This document shows positions 1-9,460 of a stretch of DNA of 64,000 nt, in pieces. Every line of letters starts with the position of its first letter. Position 1 is the first letter of the stretch. Source of the DNA: the human T2T-CHM13v2.0 reference genome, Homo sapiens; assembly GCF_009914755.1 (NCBI RefSeq), contig NC_060948.1; one strand, written 5' to 3'. The notes below the pieces were generated by a model, which did no database searches, was not told the origin of the DNA, and was given only the letters and a program-made list of their open reading frames with translations. Position numbers and translations under genes: made by a program.

Positions 1-52
1 AAACCAAGCTTTTCCCTCCACAGATTTCTTATGTCAAAAAGCCACAACTCCA

Positions 53-355
53 GGCCAGGCTTCGTGGCTCTTGTAATTTCTACATTTTGGGAGGCCGAGG
101 TTGGTGGGTCACTTGAGGTCAGGAGTTGGAGACCAGCATGGGCAACATGGCAAAAAGCTGTCTCTACCAAAAATACAAAAATTAGCCAGACCTAGTGGCA
201 CTTTCCTGTGGTCCCAGCTACTTGGGAGGCTGAGGCAGGAGAACCACCTGAACATGGGTGGCAGAGATTGTATAGTAAGCCAAGATCAGACTACTGCACT
301 CCAGCCTGGATGACACAGCGAGACCATGAGTGAAAAAAGAAAAAAAAAAAATAAA
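53..355 (+). mobile_element. Alu SINE (old, diverged)
   Basis: GGCCAGGC start, TTTGGGAGGCCGAGG, AAAAATACAAAAATTAGCC linker and A-tail. Partial target-site duplication CAACTCCA at 45-52 and 358-365. Confidence 0.93.
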
Positions 356-400
356 GGCAACTCCACTCGTCCACTGGCTTAGGTAAAAAGTACTGGAGTT

Positions 401-718
401 GGCTGGGCTCGGTGGCTCACACCTGTATTCCCAGCACTTTGGATTTTGGGAAGCTGAGTCGGGCGGGTCACCTGAGATCTGTAGTAGGAGAGCAGCCTGG
501 CCAACATGGTGAAGCCTGGCTTCTACTAAAAATACAAAACATTAGCTGAGCGTGGTGATGCATGCTTGTAATCCCAGCTACTGCAGAGGCTGAACCTGGG
601 AGGCGGAGGATGTGTTGAGCTGAGATCCTGCCACTGCGCTCCAGCCTGGTCTACAGAGCGAGAGTACCCTGTGAGAAACAAAGGTGAAGAGAACAAGAAA
701 AAAAAAATGAGAAAAATA
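401..718 (+). mobile_element. Alu SINE, tandem with the previous one
   Basis: GGCTGGGC...GGTGGCTCACACCTGTA, CTACTAAAAATACAAAA linker, degenerate A-rich tail. Confidence 0.93.
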
Positions 719-813
719 AGACCCACTGCAAAAGGTTGCCACAGAAAAGATTAAACATTTCAGCAACTTCTATCTTCTGTCATGGAAGCCAAGGTTATTT
801 GGACCAAACCTCC

Positions 814-1166
814 TGTCTTAGTTCATTTTCACGCTGCTGAAGAAGACATACCTGAAACTGGGAATAAAAGGAGGTTTAATTGGACTGACAGTTCCACATG
901 GCTGTGGAGGCCTCAGAATCATGGTATACGAATAAAGGCACTTCTTACATGGCAATGCCAAGAGAGAATGAGGAAGAACCTGAGGCAGAAACCCCTGAAA
1001 AACCCATCAGATCCCGTGAGACTTCTTCACTGTCACAAGAATAGCATGAGAAAGACCGACCCCCATGATTCAATTACCTCCCCCTGGGTCCCACCCGCAA
1101 CACGAGGGAATTCTGGGAGATACAATTGAAGCTGAGATTTGAATGGAGACACACCAAACCATGTCA
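814..1166 (-). mobile_element. THE1-family (ERVL-MaLR) solo LTR
   Basis: TG...CA ends, 353 bp. Hallmark motifs ACAGTTCCACATGGCTG, AAACCCATCAGATC and CCCCATGATTCAATTACCTCCC. 5-bp flanks CCTCC/CTTCC resemble a target-site duplication. Confidence 0.9.
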
Positions 1167-1629
1167 CTTCCCAAACAATTAAAAATTCCCAATAGAAGAA
1201 GCATTAATTATATCAAAAAGTGGTGGACCAAGAAGGAACTATTAGCCTCATATCTCAAGAAAGACTCCAGTCAAGGCCTAGGGACTACTCATGAAAAGAG
1301 TTTAATAGCCGACTCTCTCCCAGTGGATCTGGATTCCACCGGACTGTATCTTCACAGTAAGGGTGAAACAGAAGCAAACCCATTCCTATTTCCAAGCTCA
1401 AGGAACTTTGGTCAAAGTTCTCTTGGAGCTGAGCAGAACAAGGAGGCAAACAGAAAAGATTTGTGTCCCTGAGAAGTCATGGCCACAGGCTGGCTATCAC
1501 ACAGATTGTCAAGCCAGTTCCATATTGCATGGGTATTACAGAAAATCTCAAAACATAAATTTGTGTGTGGGTTGTCCCAGAGTAGCAGGATCTGGCAGAA
1601 GGAAATTTCCTTCTAACCCTCAAAGAATC

Positions 1630-2610
1630 CACATAAATCTTGTTACATTTGGGATTTTACGATTTGCTTCAGGAATGAGAATGGCCTTAATTTTCATATC
1701 TTTTTCTACACTCAGTTTATGGCTTGTTGGCGTCAAAGTTCTGCTTGCTTCACACAATGAGTTTAGGATTTTCCCTTTTTTATTCTATAGAATTCTTCAT
1801 ATATATTGAAATGCTCTGCCTGGGGAAAAAAATCTGAGCCTAGCGTTTTATCTCTAGGAAGAATCCTTTATTTCCTTGAACATTTATGAGACTATACAGA
1901 TTATATATGTCTTCTTGTATCAATTTTACTAAGCTATATACATAGCTTATGTTTATATATTATATATATAAATGTAAGATACAAATATAAAAATTATGTA
2001 TAAATATGAAAATATATATAGAAAGCGATATATATGTCTATATATATAGACAGATTATAAATATCTGTCTATTTGATCTAAGTTTTCAAATTTGTAGGTT
2101 AAGGTGTTAATGATATTTCCTTATTAGCTTCTTAATCTATGCTGTATCTATGGTTGTGTACCTTTTAAATTCTTAGTTTTATCTATGTTTTCTCCCTTTT
2201 TTTCTAAACTTGACTGACGGTTGCATCATTTATTATATTTCTCCAACAAGCAAAGGTTAGCTTTGTATGTTTTACTAATTTTGTCTACATCATTATTCCC
2301 ACACTTTAGTTTTTCAGAATTGATTCTGTTGTTTCTTTTCTAATTCTTTATTGAAATATCTAGTACATTAATTTTCAAGTTATTAGAGAAATATTTGTCT
2401 GTAAACTCCTATTGTAATATCACTTTTCTTGCTACTCACAGATTTAATCTTCAATATTGGCGGTATCATTGAGTTCTAAGTACATTTCAATTCCTAGTAT
2501 GATAATCTATGAATTGCTGAGAAATAGTGTTTACAATTTTGTTGTTCTATTTCCACTTAAGTTTATTTTTACTTCTGCTAACTCAATTGAAAATTCTTTA
2601 CTAATTTTTA
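1630..2610 (-). mobile_element. Very old L1M-type ORF2 fragment with an internal TA-rich low-complexity patch (also at +20288, +40566, +60839)
   Basis: T-rich sequence resembling antisense L1 ORF2, e.g. GTCAAAGTTCTGCTTGCTTCACACAATGAGTTTAGG. Boundaries are uncertain. Confidence 0.55.
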
Positions 2611-2615
2611 AAATC

Positions 2616-2730
2616 CTTGAACCCAAGAGATGGAGGTTGCAGTGAGCTGAGATCAGGCCACTGCATTCCAGACTGAGTGACAGAGTGGAACGAGATTTCA
2701 AAACAAAACAAAACAAAACAAAACAAAACA
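2616..2730 (+). mobile_element. Alu 3' fragment with (CAAAA)n tail (also at +20288, +40566, +60839)
   Basis: CTTGAACCC...GGAGGTTGCAGTGAGCTGAGATC...CCACTGCATTCCAG. Confidence 0.88.
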
Positions 2731-4285
2731 GTCACTGGAAAGATAATAAAATACATAAATGTGGGATGTAATATGTAATCGTGATAAAATAAACTGGATT
2801 TTTTGTATAAGTTATACATATAAATGTAATGCCAAGACACTGATAAGACAACTCATGGTCTTATCTCAATACTTAGTGTCTTCATGTAACATATGTCCTT
2901 TAGGATAGTTATAGTCCGTTTTCTTTCCAGGAGAGACAGATGAGAATGCAGAAATGTTAAAGTGCAAGGGACGGAAGCTTCCAGCTGTGCCCACCTGTAA
3001 CCTGACGTAGACAGTTCCACCGTTTGCTTCATTAATCATGCCAAAGGCTCTAATGCAAATGTGGTACAGAGTCACATGTTTTTGTATCTGCATGATAGAA
3101 ACTATAACTTCATCCCTATATAGAAGGGTATATAGCATATGCCTCAGTGATAAATATAAGTGAATCATTGATCAGTAGGAAACCATTTTAAAAGTCTTTC
3201 ATAACAGAACAAAATCCCTGAAAACATTTTCTTCTCAATCTCTGAGTTTTCTTACACGGCTTATGAATCTCTAGCCATACTAAAGAGATAGTATGCTGCT
3301 CTTCCCACAAATTATTCATTGTATATAATTCCTGTAATCTAATAACAGTACCTTTACACCTCAGGGTTTAAAATGACTCCAACCTTTTTCTGTTTCTCCA
3401 ATTAAAATAACTTTTTTAAGGTTTAATCTTCAGTAATTTTTTGTAGTAATATTTTTGAAGGTATTTGACCAGGATGATTTGCTTATATACCTACCTGACG
3501 TCTCCCTTTCTTCTGAATACATATTTTATTACCCACCTATTAGATCTAAGTTTAAGAAGTTGGAATAGGGATTTAAATCTAAATTCTACATTTGAATTTA
3601 CAGGAGTCAGCGAGTCGGGGAAGTGCCTTTATGCACAGACCAATATCTGGCAATGGCACTAGGAGACAAATAAGCTTTACCAGTCTCAAAGCCCTGGCTA
3701 CTACAGTGAATCCACCCTTCTCCTGGATCTTATCTACTTCAGCAAAAGAAGGCCACCCACTAAACCAGGCCCTTGTACTTTGGGTGGAAACTCCTAAGTC
3801 CTCTAGTCTCCTCAAACAGACAGCCAGGCTGCCAATTTCCACAATAATAATTTCTATAGCACTGAGTCTTTGGTAGCCTTGTAACTATAGCTACTGATGC
3901 TACAGTCTGGTCCCTGTATGATAAAACACCAGAGCAACAGAAACAAAAATATTGACTGAAGCCTTCTAAAATCTCTCTAAATATACCTTCAATAAATATC
4001 GTTTTTTTTTACAGAACGACTGCTTTCAGCTTCCTGAACTAACGCTTGGCCTTCGCTAGTTGTCACTGTTGAAATTGATTCAAAAGTGTACATTTAACAT
4101 GAAAGTCAACACAGAATTTCATGTGTCAGCAACTAAAATTTTCAAAATGTTGCAAAATACAAATGTGAAACTGTATTTGTGAAATTTACCATTCATTGAA
4201 ATTATATTTTCATACCTACCCAGGCACAGAATTTTTTATAACTGTCTGCATGTTCTCCTCATGTGGGGGAAAAACAGCATCAGCA

Positions 4286-4389
4286 GGCAGAGGAATCCTT
4301 TGAAGCTGGAGGGAGAGGTTGCAGTGATCTGAGAGTTTGCCACTTGACTGCAGCCTGGATGACACAGTGAGACTCCAACTGAAAAGAAA

Positions 4390-4392
<3 letters not shown>
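4286..4392 (+). mobile_element. Alu 3' fragment (also ~24571 and ~44851)
   Basis: GGCAGAGGAATC...GAGGTTGCAGTGA...CAGCCTGGATGACACAGTGAGACTCC. The tail grades into (AC)n. Confidence 0.8.
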
Positions 4393-4426
<34 letters not shown>

Positions 4427-4491
4427 CCAAAATTGATAAGTAAAAAAAAAATCCGTATTCGAAAACATGCTCACAGGCTAACTCCCATATC

Positions 4492-4541
<50 letters not shown>
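4393..4541. repeat. Paired (AC)n microsatellites, variable between units
   Basis: (AC)16 and (AC)24 in unit 1; (AC)18 and (AC)20 in unit 2 (24678-24822); (AC)16 and an interrupted 46-nt tract in unit 3 (44958-45104). Confidence 0.95.
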
Positions 4542-4544
<3 letters not shown>

Positions 4545-4967
4545 TCCTTGAAAACGAAAGTTCCACAAGGGCGAAACAAGAAAACAAATTTAACACCCCC
4601 CAAAGAAAGTACGAAGAGTAACCTCAAAAGAACCGCAGGGGAAAACAATTCAAAATTTACAAGTATCTACCCTAAAAGAAGCTGAAAGTCCCTCAAAAAC
4701 TTTCCAGAGGCCATGTCCTTGTATTACAAAAATGATCATAAAAACTGGCAGGAGTAGACGAATAGAAATGCATCTTAAAACTTGCTGAACACTTCAAGTC
4801 TCCCATAAGAATTGTAATGGAAAATGGATCAGTCGGCAGTTTTTTCCATACAATTATGAACAAATTATATTTCTTCATACATAGATTTGTTTTTTCAATA
4901 TTCTAAGGAATTAACTTTTATATTAATAGTAGGTGATGTAAGAAAGCAGGCCTTTATCAAGATAACT

Positions 4968-7900
4968 GACACTGGATGTCCATACCATTACTCAGGTGGG
5001 CCTTAATTCCCAGCCAGGTTCCCTCCCTGGACACACACTGAAGGTCCCCAGCCATTTGGCAATCTCTTCACATTCCCAGCCCTGGAGGTAGCCCTAAAAT
5101 ACATGTACCTGAAGAAAATAAAACATTGCCTCACACTGGAGCCCAGTGTGGTCCTCCAGATTCCGTGTGAGGTGGACTAACTTATATGGGAAGGCAGGGC
5201 AGCGGGAGTGAGGATGGCAGAGAGGATTACACATGTCAAGGCAGCCGGGGTCATGGAAACAAAACATGACTGGCCTGGGAGAAACACTGTGAAAGGACAC
5301 AGACCTAGGTGGGCCTCAGGTGGACATCCTCATGGAGAAAAAGGGGGCCCTGGTTGATCTCAAAATGAGCCCCAGGTGGTAGCAGGTCTTACCGCAGGGC
5401 AGGGAGCTGGCGAGTAATGATGAGACAGCTATCCCTTAAGCCCTGCTTGTCACCCACTGACTTTAGCCACATATGCATCATAGTGGCTTAAGGTGCCCCG
5501 ATCCTGAAATGTGGGTGTTACATGTCCCTGATGGGCCTCTCTCCCCCAACCCACGGATTGCCTGGGATTGCTCACTGCAGTCTCCTCCCGGATCCTTGGG
5601 TTCTCCATGTGGGGCCCAGATCCAGGTCAAAAGGCCTCTCAGTTCCCAGCCCTTCCCAGCCCTAGGCTGCTCGCCTGGCCTCCTCTCTGTTCCGCCTCTA
5701 GGGCTGACCCTCTCTCCATGGGATAGAACTGCAATGGATTGAGCCATAGGCCCTGGCTGATGATCTAGGGGACTGCAGAAGTGGGTCCAGGACAGTTCAG
5801 GTGACAGTTCAAAGCCAATTCCCCAGAGACCAAGGAATGACCAGCTAGGTCCTTTCCCATGATGCCCCATGGCGAACCCCACCTCAGCAATCCTGCCAAA
5901 ACCCGGGCAGTCATGTTCAGCCAAACAGCTGAATGAGCTCAGGTAGGAGGTGTACTGCCTGCAGCTGGAGGCTTGACCTTCGTGATCCCAGAACCGCTGG
6001 ACTGCAGTGGAATGAGACACCCTGTAGCCTGCAGGGAGAGGAGTCAGGAAGGTTCATGCCAGTCCCACCCTCCCACACACCAGCTCCCCTACCATGCTGG
6101 GAGGCATTCCTTACCGAGGATGCCAACACAGTGCTCCTTCATGATGATTTCACTGTGGAAATAAAGGTTGGGATGAAAGGAAATCATCCTGCCACCGGTA
6201 ACCGGGATGGCTGAGTTCCTCCACCTGCCGGATCAAGGAGAAAGAGGATGGATTCAATGGGACCATCTCAACTAGCCGGGCTGAGGTGGCCTACTAGCTG
6301 TAGTGAACCATGAGTTTCCCCTTCCCAGCTCTCCCACTGAGACAACCCTGGTCCCCAGGGGGACCTCAAACTGACTCAGACACTGGACTCCTCCCACAGA
6401 CCCAGGCTCCCCAGCCTGACCTGCAAATCCATCACGTAGCAAAGCAGGACTTCCGCATGCTTTCCGACCCACGCCGACATCTCGTGTGCCAAACAATCTA
6501 CCTCTGCGCAAGAACTCTCCAGAGGATTGGGTGGGCAAGCCTCGTGACGCCTTGCAATTTCGCAAGAACACAGACAATGTGGAACAGGGCCATCTCCCAG
6601 ACATTTGGCCAGTCACCCTTCATTGTTGGCCCTCTATCTCTGTCTGGCGAGGAGGCAACGCCACAACTGTGGTGGTTTTTGGAGTGGGTGGACCCCGGCC
6701 AAGACGGCCTGGGCTGACCAGAGACGGGAGGCAGAAAAAGTGGGCAGGTGGTTGCAGCTGAGGGACGGGAGGGACCGGGGGTGGTGTGAGGCGGCTGCTT
6801 CTCTGAGTTTCTGAGATGCAGGAGGCCTTTGTGTGCTGGGTGCTGGACATGCTCCGCTGATGTCCGGGTGTGTGGTGTCCTCTTATCCTAGTCTCCCTGA
6901 GGGGTGGGCCTGTCCACCTGAGGGAAGCCTTGTAGTTAGAAGCCACAGCAGGGTCGTGCCTGGCGCTCTCCAAGGGAATTGCGTGGGTCCAGAGGAAGTT
7001 ATACAGGCTCAGGGCCTACACGCCTTTGAGTGCAGCGCCTGCAGTTGGATGAATGCGCATCTGCGGAGCTGGTGCCCGCCGTCAGGTGGTCGGCAGCCCC
7101 ATGCGCCGCGAACCCGTCTTAAGCACCTTGTGTTTCTGGGGTGAGCCTGCTGGAAACAGGCACCGAGAGCAGGGGTGGTTCAATGGCTGGTAATGGCATA
7201 CAGATTCCCCGTCCTCCAGGGACGTTCCCAGGGAAACGCGTCCTTCGAATTTGGGCTGTGCGCAAAGGGACCTTGGCGCCGCGATTCTCCCTTGTCAGTG
7301 CTGGCCCTGGCTCCCCTTCCCTACCACGTGCTCCCAGGGCTGCTACAAGCGAGCTGCCCTCACAGCTGCGGGAACGTGGCCTCGGCTCCCACGCTGTCCC
7401 CCATCCCCTGCCTCCTGGCTGACCCCACGTGCCTCCCACCTGGCTCCTCCCCCCAAACAGCCCCCATACCCCCCGAGGCCCGATGACTATCCCCTGCTGC
7501 CCGCCATCCCAAATCGGCAGCCGCAAGGATATGGCTCTGGCTCACAAGGCGGAGATGCTCTGTGGCCTGGGGCATTCACGGAGCCCAGCTCCAAGTGAAG
7601 GACCTCCAGTGAGTCCATTGACGGCCCCGGTGTGCTCGGTCCAGGGCCAGGCTGTGCCCGCTGGCCCTCCTTCTGCCACCCCACGTCGGGCTCCACCTCA
7701 ACCACCACCTCCACCTCAGCCATGATGTCTTCCACCTTCAGCACCGCCTCCTCTTCCAAGGCCGCCTCCTTGCTCTGTACCCCGGCCGTCCTCTCCAGCA
7801 TTGCCTCCAGCCTGAACACGGTTTTCTCCTGGGTGCTCCCACAGACCCTGGGCCTGCGCAGCCCAGCCCAGCCCAGCCCATGCCCCGCACCCGTAGGCTC
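4968..7900 (-). pseudogene. FAM197Y: Inverted, diverged, unprocessed TSPY paralogue (probably the FAM197Y/CYorf16 unit)
   Basis: Exon-1-like ~7900-7470 ([38 protein letters not shown]); exon-2-like 6497-6421; exon-3-like 6224-6115; exon-4-like 6028-5883; exon-5-like 5764-5675 (IISQGLWLNPLQFY). Exons 1-3 are frameshifted. The symbol comes from recalled knowledge that FAM197Y lies on the opposite strand of each unit. Confidence 0.85.
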
Positions 7901-9460
7901 TGGGGGCCCGCTCCCCAGCAGACCCGCTCCCTGCAAGACCCACGGGCGTCGCCCTGCTGTGAACCTGGTCCCACACCTACGTGGACCCAGGTTTCCTGAG
8001 GAGCTCCGCTGGACCCGCAGATCCCGCACTGGCCAAAGGGCTCCGGTCCCCAGCAGGCTCAACTGCGCACAGGAGCTCGGGAGCCAGAGGCCCCGGCCCT
8101 GGGCTTGCAGAGCCCCACCAACAGGCACCGCAACCGCTGCTGCGGGTGCGGGAGCCTCTGGGTCGTCAAGGCAGCGCACAACAGCGTGCGTGCAGGCCGA
8201 CAATGGCCAACCCTGGCGGCTGGCCTCTGGTGTGCCCAGGGCATAGGACAAGAGGCCCTTTGGAATGCTCCTTGGAGTACAGCATCCTCAGGGAGGAAGC
8301 ATGGTACTCGGAGCCTCTATTTGCCTCGACCTGTGAGAGTGTGTGCCGGGGCTCTGGCCTCTACAGCAGATCAATTCCACCTCAGCACCGGCAGGCGACT
8401 TTCCTCCCACGTGCCCGCCCCGATCACTTCCCCCAGGACACCCCTGCCGCCCTAGCCCCAGCAACCAGAGAGAGTTCTCTGCATCTGCTGTATTACCTCC
8501 GTACCATCTACCTGGCCTGCCTAACGAAGAGAGATGTTTCCTGTGTTCATGACACATAGAGATGTTCATGGCTTGCCACACTGAGGATGTCAGGGCACAG
8601 GGCTGCCATGCCCACAGTTCCAAAGGCCACGCAGCCCGCGTGTGCCCGGATGCCTAGCTACCCGGCACAAGCTCCAAGGGCTTCTCGGAGGAGGCTTGGG
8701 CAGGGAAGGCGGGGGGTGGGGGGGCTGGAGATGCAGGCCCGCCAGTGGCTGTGCCGCCCAGGGAGACGCCCACCGCCCTCCCATTGACTGGCCACGACGG
8801 GAGGAAGTCGGCCTGGGTGCGGCCCCCCGGCCCTTCGCGCGCAGTCCCTTAGGGGGCGCCTGGAAGCCCGGCGCATGCGCCCTGAGGGCTCGCTGACCTA
8901 CCGGGTGCCAGAGAGGCTGCGGCAGGGTTTCTGTGGCGTGGGTCGGGCAGCACAGGCCTTGGTGTGTGCGAGTGCCAAGGAGGGCACCGCCTTCAGGATG
9001 GAGGCTGTACAGGAGGGGGCGGCCGGGGTGGAGAGTGAGCAGGCGGCTTTGGGGGAGGAGGCGGTGCTGCTGTTGGATGACATAATGGCGGAGGTGGAGG
9101 TGGTGGCGGAGGAGGAGGGCCTCGTGGAGCGGCGGGAGGAGGCCCAGCGGGCACAGCAGGCTGTGCCTGGCCCTGGGCCCATGACCCCAGAGTCTGCACT
9201 GGAGGAGCTGCTGGCCGTTCAGGTGGAGCTGGAGCCGGTTAATGCCCAAGCCAGGAAGGCCTTTTCTCGGCAGCGGGAAAAGATGGAGCGGAGGCGCAAG
9301 CCCCACCTAGACCGCAGAGGCGCCGTCATCCAGAGCGTCCCTGGCTTCTGGGCCAATGTTGTATCCTTCTCAGTGTTTCTTCGGCCTTTCTAGTGGAGAG
9401 GTGCTCTCGGGGAAGTGTAAGTGACCGATGGGCAGCTCGGCGTCGATGTGACTCTTTGGG
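6950..9460. promoter_or_regulatory. CpG island spanning the TSPY promoter/exon 1 and exon 1 of the inverted paralogue
   Basis: GC-rich and CpG-dense by eye. Contains GC-box-like CACCGCCC, ETS-like GAGGAAGT at ~8801 and GCGCATGCGC at 8871. Boundaries are approximate. Confidence 0.75.

Noticed and set aside
2035-2072. Hairpin ATAGACAGAT-7 nt-ATCTGTCTAT and TA palindromes
   Set aside because: These lie in TA-rich low-complexity DNA, where such stems arise readily. No ncRNA or terminator evidence.
3579-4100. Short ORFs here and the 110-aa ORF at 44326-44658
   Set aside because: No recognisable family. The longer ORF exists only in unit 3, apparently because of a 1-nt change in T-run length.
7487-8251. 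254-aa - strand ORF as an intact gene
   Set aside because: It starts at TTG and the first in-frame ATG (7801) gives only 104 aa. It leaves the TSPY frame near its end, and long ORFs are expected in GC-rich DNA. Treated as pseudogene exon 1.
8590-9306. 238-aa ORF antisense to TSPY exon 1
   Set aside because: A shadow frame of a GC-rich coding exon, low complexity, with no recognisable domain.
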